Below are positions 18,924 through 28,459 of a DNA stretch of 64,000 bases, one piece after another; the stretch's first letter is position 1; each line of letters opens with the position of its first letter. A program made the position numbers and the translations under genes. Under the pieces are notes generated by a model. That model saw nothing but the letters and a program-made list of their open reading frames with translations, made no database searches and was not told the origin of the DNA. The stretch is from Vicinamibacteria bacterium (GTDB lineage: Bacteria > Acidobacteriota > Vicinamibacteria > Marinacidobacterales > Marinacidobacteraceae). Location of the stretch: contig CAXXLQ010000004.1 of the NCBI GenBank assembly GCA_963668695.2, positions 1,504,001 to 1,568,000 of the forward strand. Direction: 5' to 3'.

Positions 18924-21074
18924 GTGAACCGACCAGGCCCGAAACCGCTGGCGCTCGCGCTGTTGCTCCTGGCACTGTCCCCGATTCTGCTGTCGGGGCA
19001 GGACGGCGCTCCCGACATCCGCAAACAGGAAGCCGAGGAACACTTCCAACACGGCCTCCGGATGGTGGGCCTCCGGAACAACGATCGGGCCATCGAGCTC
19101 TTCCAGTACGCGATCGCGCTGGATCCTGACCACCCCGGGGCCCATTTCTACGTGGGGCTCGCGTACATCCAGCGCGGCTACACGAGCCTTCGGCTGGCCG
19201 AGCATCATCTCTCCCGCGCCATCACGCTCGACGGCACGAATCCGCGGCAGTACCACTGGCGAGGCATCGCCCGGCTGCGGCTCGGCGATTACCCCGCCGC
19301 CACCGCCGACTTCGAAGTAGTTCTCCGGGAGACGCCGGACAGCCCCACCACGCTTCGCGCCCTGGGGGCGACGCTCCTCCGGATGGGGGCTCCCGGTCCC
19401 GCCTCGGCGGCGCTGCGCCAAGCGGTGGATCTCGAGCCCGAGATGCTCGAGCCGCGCTGGAACTTGATGGTTGCCGCGGAGCGGGCCGCCGGCGATTCGT
19501 CATCGCTTCCCGAGCGCTACCGCCTCGAGATTCCGGATCGCGGCGCGGAGTCGCCCGTTCGCTTCGAGGAGGTCTCGGCCGACATCGGGATCGAGCGCTG
19601 GTCGCGGGCTCGGGCCAGCGGCTGGGCCGACTTCGACGGGGACGGAGATCTGGATCTGTTCGCCCTCGGAATCCGGGACCCGCACGCGCTCTACCGAAAC
19701 CGCCTGCGCGAGGACGGCGCCGCGACCTTCGCGTCCGCGGCTCTCGATGCCGGGCTCTTCGATCCGCGCGGCGGGTGGTCCGCGCTCTTTTTCGACTACG
19801 ACCGCGACGGCGATCCGGACCTCTACGTGACCCGCGACGGCTGGGACGGCGAGGATGACAACAGCCTCTATCGCAACGACGGCGGCCGCTTCGTGGATGT
19901 CGCGGCGGCCGCGGGAATCCTGAGCGGCGCCGACAGCTTCACGGCGGCGGTGGCGGATGTGAACCGCGACGGCCTCCTCGACGTGTACGTGGCGAACGGG
20001 GTGGCCACCCGGGGAGGAGCTTCCAACGAACTCTTCCTCGGGCTTCCCGAAGGGCGGTTCGTAGAGCGGGCGGAGGCCATGGGGGTGGCGGACCACGGCC
20101 GCTCCATCGGCTCAGCCTTCGGCGACTATGACAACGACGGCTGGCCCGACCTGCTGGTCGTCAACTTCTTCGACCGTCCGGTGCTCTACCGCAACCTCGA
20201 GGGCGGAGGATTCGAGGATGTTTCCGACGCGGCCGGCATCGCCGCCCCGCACGAAGGTTTCGTCGGGTTCTTTTTCGACTACGACAACGACGCGCGCCTC
20301 GACATTCTGGTGGTGGGCTTCACCTCCGACATGGAGGTGGCGCTCCAGAGCCGCATCGCCGGGAAGGCCGTTGCCGAGGGCAGCCGCCTGGCGCTTTACC
20401 GGAACCAGGGCGACGGCACCTTCAACGACGTGACCGCGGAAGCCGGGCTCTCCTGGAACCTCGGCGCCATGGCGGCCACCTTCGGTGACTACGACAACGA
20501 CGGCTGGCTCGACATCTTCATCGGGGTAGGCGCGCCACCCATGGAGCGATTCGAGGCAAATCGGCTGTTTCGCAACCTCGGGGACGGCACCTTCGCCGAC
20601 GTGAGCGCTTCGGCCGGGGTGGACGACCTGGGGAAAGGGCACGGCGCGACGTTCGCGGACCCCGACCACGACGGCGATCTGGATCTTTTCGTTCCCATCG
20701 GTGGGGCATTCCCCGGGGATCGCCAGCGGAGCCGCTTCTACCGGAATCCGGCCTCGCAGATGCCGCATCCGAATGGCTGGCTCCACATCCTGCTCCGCGC
20801 CTCGAGCCTCCATCCCGATGCCGTGGGCGCCCAGGTGGCGCTGCGGGTCACCGATGCGCCGGATGCGCCCGTGCAGTTGCAGGAAGTTGCGATTGGTGGA
20901 GGCTTCGGAGTGACGCCCAGTCCCATTCTGGAGTTCGGCCTCGGGCAGCACCACACGGTTGCCGAAGTCGCCATCCGGTGGCCGGGCGGCGGCCACCGGG
21001 TGCTGCGGAACATTCCCGCGAACCAGCGGATCCTGGTCGTCGAGAACGAACCCGGTTACCAGGTCCTGCAGTGA
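18924..21074 (+). CDS. TPR + FG-GAP/CRTAC1 + ASPIC/UnbV protein
   Basis: Signal peptide, TPRs, repeated D(F/Y)DxDGxxDL, C-terminal LEFGLG..IRWPGG. Confidence 0.88.
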   Translation: MNRPGPKPLALALLLLALSPILLSGQDGAPDIRKQEAEEHFQHGLRMVGLRNNDRAIELFQYAIALDPDHPGAHFYVGLAYIQRGYTSLRLAEHHLSRAITLDGTNPRQYHWRGIARLRLGDYPAATADFEVVLRETPDSPTTLRALGATLLRMGAPGPASAALRQAVDLEPEMLEPRWNLMVAAERAAGDSSSLPERYRLEIPDRGAESPVRFEEVSADIGIERWSRARASGWADFDGDGDLDLFALGIRDPHALYRNRLREDGAATFASAALDAGLFDPRGGWSALFFDYDRDGDPDLYVTRDGWDGEDDNSLYRNDGGRFVDVAAAAGILSGADSFTAAVADVNRDGLLDVYVANGVATRGGASNELFLGLPEGRFVERAEAMGVADHGRSIGSAFGDYDNDGWPDLLVVNFFDRPVLYRNLEGGGFEDVSDAAGIAAPHEGFVGFFFDYDNDARLDILVVGFTSDMEVALQSRIAGKAVAEGSRLALYRNQGDGTFNDVTAEAGLSWNLGAMAATFGDYDNDGWLDIFIGVGAPPMERFEANRLFRNLGDGTFADVSASAGVDDLGKGHGATFADPDHDGDLDLFVPIGGAFPGDRQRSRFYRNPASQMPHPNGWLHILLRASSLHPDAVGAQVALRVTDAPDAPVQLQEVAIGGGFGVTPSPILEFGLGQHHTVAEVAIRWPGGGHRVLRNIPANQRILVVENEPGYQVLQ

Positions 21075-21102
21075 GCCGCCGCCGACCCCCGTTGGCGGTG
21101 TG

Positions 21103-22154
21103 TCATGACTGGTTGGCTCGGGTCTCCGCAATTCTGGCCTGTGCGATGATCCAATCGAATCCAGGAGCATCGCCCAGAATCATCTCCTGCATGGCGCGGT
21201 AGTCCCGTTCGACAACGGCCATCAAGTCCGGTTGTGGCAGGAGCCGTACCTTCCCGGGGACCGCTTCGTCAAAGCGCTTCCAGCGTTGCGGGAAGGCCAT
21301 CAGGCTGTGGCGCCGAACGTCGTCGAGCAGTTCGTGGTCCTGGAGGGCCTTGGCTCCCAGTTCCGTCGCGGTGATCATGGCCGCGTCGTAGTAGTGACGC
21401 GAGAGCCGATGTTGGTCCTTCGGGAGTCGGCCTTCGTCACGGAAACCGCAATGCCAACCGTGGAGGATCAGTAGCTTCTCCCAATACGTGCGGGTGGGAG
21501 AAATCGCTGCAATGTTCTCGACCGCGAGGGACCACTCGGTGAGTTCATCCGCGATGAACGGCGTAACCGTGGAGTTCTGCCGGGGGCCGAGTGCTGATCG
21601 CGACCCGCACTCGATCCGTACTCCTGGTGTGACGTAGGAAAGTTCCGGGTGCGGGAAGAGGGTTGGATACTTGATCAGCAGGGTGGGGTCGGAATGCTCG
21701 TCGTCCCGAACGACGCGTCCGCCGCCGAAGCCGTCATTGAGTGCTGCGAGTTCGGTGTGGAGGCTGTTGAAGACGTAGCTACGGCAAGCATCATCCTTGA
21801 GTCTTGCGAACGGAGTCTTGCGAACGCCCTCTCTCGGGCCTTCGGTGACAGGCCAATGGCCGTCGGGTCAGAGCCCCCGCTGAAACCGAGGTCTCTCCGA
21901 TCCACGACAATGTCAATGTCTTCCGAGAAGCGCGGGACCAGTTGGAATGCCTTCGATAACGAGGTGCCGCCCTTGAAGAGCAATCTCGGGTGACCGTCCG
22001 GTAATCCGTTGTAGAGCAGATCGAGGGTAAGACAGACCCAAAAGTCCTTTTCGACATAGGCTGGCGGCGTATCGAGCCGACGGGACGTTTCCTCGAATAC
22101 ATCTGCCCGGTCACGGTCAGGAAGGTTGAGGAATCGGCGGAACGCGTCGTTCAT
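21103..22154 (-). pseudogene. abiEii: AbiEii nucleotidyltransferase toxin, frameshifted
   Basis: VEKDFWV, FKGGTSLSK, RFSEDID, RTYWEK, SRHYYD; frame broken by a 14-bp tandem duplication at 21799-21826. Confidence 0.88.
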
Positions 22155-22798
22155 TCGGCCGGGCATTCGGCCGGGCATTCGGCCGGGTTCTCCGGTGTTT
22201 CGAGATCCCGTGTCAGATCCGCGACCCAGCCGGGCAGGTACCGCCGGTGGCGGACGATGTCTTTCTTCACGACATCCGGAAGCCGGGAGGCGAGGGTTGT
22301 GACGATCCCGGTGTCCTTGAGGTTGTCTTTTCCCAGCCACCGCAGAGCTTGGACGACGGGTCCCGCCGGTCGGTGAGCCCAGCTCATTACTCGCGGTCCC
22401 GCATGTCGCAGGCGAATCGTTCGCCCGTCAACGGTGATGACGCGGCTTGGCCCATCGGTCAGATAGCCGGCTTTGGCCGGCACCGCGTTCGTGAGGCCGA
22501 GTTGGTTCGCGGCTGCGGCGCCATCGCGCACGATGCGCACATTGTCTCGTCGAGCGATAGCGGCAATGACTGCGTCCATATCGGCGCGGGCAGGTCCATT
22601 CAGCACCCGGCTGATTCGGGGCCGATCGTAGAGACCGGGTCCAATCCGTCGGAGGCCTCCCTTCTTCGCGAGCCGTGACAACGCCTGGTCAACAGCGGGC
22701 CGTTTGCCGATGTCCAGAAAATCGGTGGCGCCGAAGACCCACTTCCCCCTGCCTCGGACGCGCACACGCTTCATGATGCGGGTGGCTGTTCCGGTCAT
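22151..22798 (-). CDS. AbiEi-type antitoxin (DUF6088-like)
   Basis: AVDQALSRL..LRRIGPGLY, AANQLGLTNAVPA..YLTDG; ATGA-coupled to abiEii. Confidence 0.85.
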   Translation of the reverse strand: MTGTATRIMKRVRVRGRGKWVFGATDFLDIGKRPAVDQALSRLAKKGGLRRIGPGLYDRPRISRVLNGPARADMDAVIAAIARRDNVRIVRDGAAAANQLGLTNAVPAKAGYLTDGPSRVITVDGRTIRLRHAGPRVMSWAHRPAGPVVQALRWLGKDNLKDTGIVTTLASRLPDVVKKDIVRHRRYLPGWVADLTRDLETPENPAECPAECPAE

Positions 22799-22821
22799 GC
22801 GTTATCTCCTTCGAATATATG

Positions 22822-22850
22822 TGTCAGAAATATATCCGATGTTTCTGACA
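22822..22850. promoter_or_regulatory. Inverted-repeat operator of the abiE module
   Basis: TGTCAGAAA-N11-TTTCTGACA in an AT-rich patch upstream of the antitoxin. Confidence 0.65.
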
Positions 22851-23008
22851 TTTCAGAACCCATCACAACCCCGCCGCCCTTGCGGAACCGGGTTCACGGC
22901 CGATTGTGGAAGAGAGGCGAGAAGGGGCCGCACCTGGCTTTGGCGCCTCTCCGTTTGGTGTTGCACCGAATGGTTGACGCTGCGCGTGTCGCCCGCCTCG
23001 GGCGGACG

Positions 23009-23034
23009 ATGCCGGTCTGAAGACCGGCGTCCCC
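23009..23034 (-). repeat. REP-like palindrome (second repeat family)
   Basis: ATGCCGGTC-TGAA-GACCGGCGTCCCC; related copies at 28430 and 59399. Confidence 0.55.
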
Positions 23035-23105
23035 TGTCGGGCAACGCCAAGTCCTGGTTGGAGGTCGCTGCTCCCGCTGTCGCCTCCCTTTACGATACCG
23101 GCGGC

Positions 23106-24623
23106 ATGCACACCGTTCTGGATCGATTGGGACTCGGGGAAGGCGCTCCCGGCGCCTGCACCGGCCCGGAGGGTTGGATCCTCACCGGGGAGGAGCCTCT
23201 CGTCTCGCTGAACCCTTCGACGGGCGAGCCCATCGCCGCCGTCGTCCCCGCCGATCGTCGCGCCGCCGAGCAGGTGGTTGCCGAAGCGACGGAGGCCTTC
23301 CGTTCGTTCCGCGAGCTTCCGGCGCCGAAGCGCGGCGACCTGGTGCGCGATCTGGGGAGCGCGCTCCGCGACGACAAGGAACCGTTGGGAGATCTGATCG
23401 CCCTCGAAGCCGGAAAGATCCGGGCCGAGGGACACGGCGAAGTCCAGGAGATGATCGACGTCTGCGACTTCGCGGTGGGTCTGTCGCGCCAGCTCTACGG
23501 GCTCACCATGGCATCGGAGCGGCCCGGCCACCGGATGTTCGAGCAGTGGCACCCGCTCGGACCGATCGGAGTGATCACCGCCTTCAACTTCCCGATGGCG
23601 GTCTGGTCGTGGAACGCGGCGATCGCCGCGGTGTGCGGCGACCCGGTGATCTGGAAGCCGTCGGAACACACTCCGCTCTGCGCGGTCGCGGTGCAGAACG
23701 TCGCGAACCGGGTGATGGATGACCACGGCGTCTCCGGGGTCTTCAACCTGCTCGTGGGAGGCGGTGACCTCGGCGCCGCCCTCGCGGCCGACCGGCGGCT
23801 CCCGCTGATCTCCTTCACCGGCTCCACCGGGGTGGGCCGGAAGGTCGCCACCGAGGTCGCGGGCCGGCTGGGCCGCTGCCTGCTGGAGCTCGGAGGCAAC
23901 AACGCGGTGGTCGTCAGCCGCAACGCCGATCTCGATCTGGCGGTGCGGGCCATCGTCTTCGGCTCGGTGGGCACCACCGGCCAGCGCTGCACCACCACCC
24001 GCCGGGTGATCGCCGATCGGGAGGTCGCCGGGCCGCTGGTGGAGCGGCTTGCCGACGCCTACCGGCAGGTCCCCATCGGAGACCCGCTCGATCCCGCCAC
24101 GCTCATGGGGCCGCTGATTTCGGCCGGCGCGGTCGAGGCGATGCAGGGGGCGCTGGAGCGGGTGGTTGCTGAGGGCGGAACCATCGTCTGCGGCGGTGCA
24201 CGCCGGCCCGACGTGGGCCCGAATCATGTGGAGCCGGCCATCGTCAGGATGTCCGCCCAGACCTCGCTGGTGGCCGAGGAAACCTTCGCTCCCATCCTCT
24301 ACATCCTGGAGACCGATTCGCTGGAGCAGGCGATCGTCCTCCACAACGACGTGCCGCAGGGCCTCTCCTCGGCGATCTTCACCGACAGCCTGCGGGAAGC
24401 CGAGACCTTTCTCTCGGCGCGGGGCTCCGACTGCGGCATCGCCAACGTGAACATCGGCACCTCCGGGGCGGAGATCGGGGGAGCCTTCGGTGGCGAGAAG
24501 GACACCGGCGGCGGCCGGGAATCCGGGTCCGACGCCTGGAAGGCTTATATGCGCCGCCAGACGAACACCATCAACTGGTCGAAGGATCTGCCGCTCGCCC
24601 AGGGAATCGAGTTTGGCGGGTAG
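23106..24623 (+). CDS. ALDH7-like aldehyde dehydrogenase (piperideine-6-carboxylate/aminoadipate-semialdehyde)
   Basis: ITAFNFP, WKPSE, FTGS, LELGGNN, GQRC, EETFAP, GAEIGGAFGGEK. Confidence 0.92.
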   Translation: MHTVLDRLGLGEGAPGACTGPEGWILTGEEPLVSLNPSTGEPIAAVVPADRRAAEQVVAEATEAFRSFRELPAPKRGDLVRDLGSALRDDKEPLGDLIALEAGKIRAEGHGEVQEMIDVCDFAVGLSRQLYGLTMASERPGHRMFEQWHPLGPIGVITAFNFPMAVWSWNAAIAAVCGDPVIWKPSEHTPLCAVAVQNVANRVMDDHGVSGVFNLLVGGGDLGAALAADRRLPLISFTGSTGVGRKVATEVAGRLGRCLLELGGNNAVVVSRNADLDLAVRAIVFGSVGTTGQRCTTTRRVIADREVAGPLVERLADAYRQVPIGDPLDPATLMGPLISAGAVEAMQGALERVVAEGGTIVCGGARRPDVGPNHVEPAIVRMSAQTSLVAEETFAPILYILETDSLEQAIVLHNDVPQGLSSAIFTDSLREAETFLSARGSDCGIANVNIGTSGAEIGGAFGGEKDTGGGRESGSDAWKAYMRRQTNTINWSKDLPLAQGIEFGG

Positions 24624-24646
24624 CCCGCCAGCCAAGGAGGTACGTG

Positions 24647-25402
24647 ATGCCGAGAAACTGCCTGACCATTCTGTTGGTTGGAGTCCTCGGGGGCTGCGGT
24701 GGGGAACCAGCGGCCCCCGAGGCGCCGGTTCCCGAAGTTTCGGCTTCCGAGGCGCTCATTGCGAAGTCCATCGCCTACCACGATCCGGACGGGCGGTGGG
24801 ACACCGGCGAGATCGCGCTCCGGATCATGGAGTCCCGGCCGAACGGCGTTGCGCGAGCCGTCGAAGTAGGGATGGCGCCGGGAGCCGGCGCGATGGAGGT
24901 GAGCCGGGAGACCGACTCCGAGACGGTCACCTTCGCGGTGGTCGGAGAAGCGATTCTCATGCGGGCGGTAGACGCCGAGGAGAGCCTTGATGAGGAAGCG
25001 CTCGCCGAGCACGGACTCGATTCCGAACGCGTGATGTGGCTCCGGAACTACTACCTGTTCGTCTGGGGACTCCCGATGAAGCTGCGGGATCCGGGGACCA
25101 TCGTGGACCCCGAGCCGGTCGCCGATTCGTATAACGGCCAGGACGCCCTCAAGGTCCGGGTCACCTACGACCCCGAGGTCGGCGGCGACACCTGGTACTT
25201 CTATTTCCACCCGGACACCGCCCGACTGATCGGTTACCGCTTCTATCACGACGAATCGGCGAACGACGGCGAGTACATCCACCTCGACGGAGAAATCGAG
25301 AACGGCGGGCTGCGGCTCCCGGCGAAGCGGAGCTGGTTCTTCCACTCGAACGACGAGTTCCTGGGCGAGGACGAAGCCGTTTCGCTGACCGTGACGCCCT
25401 GA
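24647..25402 (+). CDS. Lipoprotein, DUF6503-like
   Basis: LGGC lipobox; SIAYHDPDGRW, LFVWGLPMKLRDPG, VGGDTWYFYF. Confidence 0.7.
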   Translation: MPRNCLTILLVGVLGGCGGEPAAPEAPVPEVSASEALIAKSIAYHDPDGRWDTGEIALRIMESRPNGVARAVEVGMAPGAGAMEVSRETDSETVTFAVVGEAILMRAVDAEESLDEEALAEHGLDSERVMWLRNYYLFVWGLPMKLRDPGTIVDPEPVADSYNGQDALKVRVTYDPEVGGDTWYFYFHPDTARLIGYRFYHDESANDGEYIHLDGEIENGGLRLPAKRSWFFHSNDEFLGEDEAVSLTVTP

Positions 25403-25436
25403 TTCAGCAGTCGGTTAAGGTAGTGGATCGGCAACC

Positions 25437-27239
25437 ATGATGGCCCTTGCGCTCGCCGTCCTGTTCCTGGCGGTGTCCGGTACCGTCCAGCCGGATGCGC
25501 GGGTCTTGGCCCAGGCCCGCAGTCTCCTGGAACAACAGGAATTCGCCTCGGTGCTGGACGTGCTGGACGCGGCTGGCCCGAACGGAGCCCATCCGGACTT
25601 GCTTCGGCTCCGGGCCGAGGCGTACGTCGGACTGCTCGACTATCCGACAGCGGTCGCTGTGCTCGAGCGTGCCGGTCGTGAGCCAGAAAACCTGGCGCTT
25701 CGCATTCGGCTCCTCGCCATGTTGAGCCGCGACGACGAGGCGCGCGAGGTCCTGGCCGAACTGTTGGCCCTTGATCGGCGCCCTCCCGACCGGCCCCGAC
25801 TGGAACTGGCGGGGCAGCTCCGCAAGTCGGGTCTCGTCCCCGAGTCTCGCCGGGTGCTGGGTACTCCGACTGCTGCGGATTCGCCAGCCCTGACGCTCGA
25901 ACATGGGAGGCTCCGGCTCGCCGAAGACGACTACCCGGGCGCCCTGCCTCTCTTGGCGTCTGCTGCCTCTGTCGAAGAGCCACCGGTGGGAGCCGCGTAC
26001 GAGTTCGGCCGCTGCCTTGCACTCCTCGGACGGCGCGAGGAGGCCATTGCCTGGCTCCGGAGAGCCGTCTCCGAATCACGTGACGATTCCCTGGCCCGTT
26101 TCCGACTCGGCCAGTTGCTCGTCCAGGATCCCGATCCCACTCTGGTCGCCGAGGGCCGGCGGCTTCTCTCCGGTCACGAGGAGAGTCGGTTGCGGGCCCG
26201 TCGTCGGGACCTGCTGCTCACCAGGCTCAACGAGCATACGGTCATCAGCGGATCCCCGACGGACCGCGTCCCCGGGCTCGTGACCTCAAGTCGGGACGGC
26301 TGGGTAGAACTGGTGGGATTGCTGCTCGACAGGGGCGATGTCGTGGAGGCAATCCGCATCGTGCGGGCGGCTTCGGCTCGCTACCCGGGGGATCCGGCCT
26401 TCGACATCGGCAGGGCGCGGGCGCATCTGCAATCGGGCAAGCTCGCGGCCGCCGCCGAGGTCCTCGCGCCCCTGGTCCCGGCGCCCGGCGAGCCGCTCGA
26501 GGGCGCCTCGCTGAGCGCCGCTCGTTGGCTGGCCGACGTGAGGCTGCGGGGTGGCGATCCGGCCGCTGCGGCGGCGCTCTTCGACCGTGTTCTGGAGGCG
26601 GGCGGTGACGGGATCTCGCCCGGGATTCGCGCCGCCGCCGCCACCGCCTTCGCGATGAAGGGCGATCCGGCCCGGGCGTTAATGCTCTTTGGTCAAGTAC
26701 TCGACCGCACCGCGGGCCCCGCCCGCGCCGGACCGCTCGCCGACAGCGCGCTGGTATTGGAGATGCTCGCGCGTCCTGCCGAAGCCGAGACTCGCTACCG
26801 CGCGTCGCTGGCAGCCGACCCGGCCCACACCTCCGCCTCCCTGGGCCTTGCCGAGTTGCTGCTGCGCACCGGCCGGACCGATGAGGCGGTGGTGGTGATT
26901 CGTTCGGCCCTTGAACAGGCTCCTGACGACCCCGCCCTGCGAGATCTGCTCTCCCGGGCCACGCCCGGTGATGCTCAGGATTCTTCCGGGGGTTCTCGGG
27001 CAGCGGTCAACAGATCGGTGATCTCCTTCCAGGCTTCTCCCGAGAGCACGAGCGTCCTCTCGTCTCCGGCCCGGAGCGCCTGTACCTCGCCGGCTGCGGA
27101 GACTCTGAGATGGACGGTCTCCGGTTCGCTCGCTCCGGAGTCCCCGCTCGCTTCGGTAACGGCGAGCGTCCAGGCGGCGTCGTCGCCGGGGAGCTGCTCC
27201 GCACCCAGGTCGTCCGCCTCGGTGGAGTTCAGCTTGTAG
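25437..27239 (+). CDS. Secreted TPR protein
   Basis: Signal peptide and many TPR-like helices; the 3' end overlaps the convergent gene by 265 bp, so the true end is uncertain. Confidence 0.65.
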   Translation: MMALALAVLFLAVSGTVQPDARVLAQARSLLEQQEFASVLDVLDAAGPNGAHPDLLRLRAEAYVGLLDYPTAVAVLERAGREPENLALRIRLLAMLSRDDEAREVLAELLALDRRPPDRPRLELAGQLRKSGLVPESRRVLGTPTAADSPALTLEHGRLRLAEDDYPGALPLLASAASVEEPPVGAAYEFGRCLALLGRREEAIAWLRRAVSESRDDSLARFRLGQLLVQDPDPTLVAEGRRLLSGHEESRLRARRRDLLLTRLNEHTVISGSPTDRVPGLVTSSRDGWVELVGLLLDRGDVVEAIRIVRAASARYPGDPAFDIGRARAHLQSGKLAAAAEVLAPLVPAPGEPLEGASLSAARWLADVRLRGGDPAAAAALFDRVLEAGGDGISPGIRAAAATAFAMKGDPARALMLFGQVLDRTAGPARAGPLADSALVLEMLARPAEAETRYRASLAADPAHTSASLGLAELLLRTGRTDEAVVVIRSALEQAPDDPALRDLLSRATPGDAQDSSGGSRAAVNRSVISFQASPESTSVLSSPARSACTSPAAETLRWTVSGSLAPESPLASVTASVQAASSPGSCSAPRSSASVEFSL

Positions 27240-28372
27240 AGCAGATCCTCAACGGCCACCGTATCGACGACGCGCGGCAGTGAGCCGCCGGTTTCCATCG
27301 TCCATTCCCGGCCTTCCTCTCCCTCGCGGCGCTGGAAGACCGCGTCCCCGCCGGGGCCCCGGACCACCAACGTCACGGCCTGGAAGCCGGCGAACCGGAA
27401 GAGGGCCAGGGACCGCAGGCTTGCCAGTTCGGTCTCGGCGCCCTCCCGGAGCGCGTCGAAGAGCGGCTTGCCGACCACAAAGACCAAAGGGTCCGATTCC
27501 ACCCGGGCGAAGACTCCGGGCGGGGTGCGGCTCTCCCCTCCGAATTGAATGGTCCGGGAGATCTCCTCCTCCTGCGGCCCGACCGCCAGGCTCAGTTCGG
27601 CGCGCAAGCGGGGCGCGCCCAGTCCGAATGAGCCTTGAGGTTCCTCCGCGGCGCCGGGCGCCAGGCCCGCCATCTCGGCGTCCAGCAGCCGTGATGCGAA
27701 CTGCGACGCCTCGTAGGGGTCGGCGGCGAACTGGTAGGGGTGCACGATGCGCCATATGCCTTTGTCCCGCGCCAGCTCTGCTGCGGTCCCTTCGCCGGTC
27801 GTAAGCCGGAGGCGCCGCGCCGCCGGAGCTTCCAACTGGAACACCCGTTTGTCCCGGAGGTCCCAGGCGCTTTTGTCGAAGTTGTCCCGGACGAAGGCGG
27901 AAGTCACGAGGACCCGGTCGCCGAGACGGAGATAGCGGTTTCCGGATGCCGGAGTCTCATCGCCGAAACCGGCGGTGAGCGGTTGGGCGTCCGGCGCATC
28001 TCCTGCTGGGAACACCCGGATCGCGAGTCCGGGTGGAGCGAGGCCGAACTCGGGGAAGTCCTCTTCCCGGATCCCTTCGAGTTCCCGCTCGAAGCGCAGT
28101 GATCCGACGTTTTGCAGCAGGAGGTCAACCTCGCCCGAGTCCGCGGACGATTCGGGGCCTTCGCCCTCGGCGACGACGAATCCGCCGTCATCCCGGGTCA
28201 CGCGGACGGTGGGTTCGCCCGGACGTTCTATCTCGACGGCGAGGATTTCAGCCTCGTCCAGACCAAATACCGGCTGGCCATCGTCGGAGGCGTTCTCGTC
28301 CCGCTCGAAGAGCGTGATCCAGCCGGCGACCGCCACGGCCGCCAGCAACGCGACGAGGGTCGTCCGGCGCAT
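26975..28372 (-). CDS. DUF4340 domain protein
   Basis: N-terminal TM, FGLAPP and FGLGAP repeats, DLRDKRVF; follows the gldG-like gene. Confidence 0.8.
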   Translation of the reverse strand: MRRTTLVALLAAVAVAGWITLFERDENASDDGQPVFGLDEAEILAVEIERPGEPTVRVTRDDGGFVVAEGEGPESSADSGEVDLLLQNVGSLRFERELEGIREEDFPEFGLAPPGLAIRVFPAGDAPDAQPLTAGFGDETPASGNRYLRLGDRVLVTSAFVRDNFDKSAWDLRDKRVFQLEAPAARRLRLTTGEGTAAELARDKGIWRIVHPYQFAADPYEASQFASRLLDAEMAGLAPGAAEEPQGSFGLGAPRLRAELSLAVGPQEEEISRTIQFGGESRTPPGVFARVESDPLVFVVGKPLFDALREGAETELASLRSLALFRFAGFQAVTLVVRGPGGDAVFQRREGEEGREWTMETGGSLPRVVDTVAVEDLLYKLNSTEADDLGAEQLPGDDAAWTLAVTEASGDSGASEPETVHLRVSAAGEVQALRAGDERTLVLSGEAWKEITDLLTAAREPPEES

Positions 28373-28429
28373 CCCGCCCGCGCTATCGCCGCGAAGTGCG
28401 GCAGGGAGTCTCCCCCGCCTGCGGCGGCG

Positions 28430-28454
28430 ATGCCGGCCTGAAGGCCGGCGCTCC
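28430..28454 (-). repeat. REP-like palindrome
   Basis: ATGCCGGCC-TGAA-GGCCGGCGCTCC, intergenic. Confidence 0.55.
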
Positions 28455-28459
28455 TGGTG

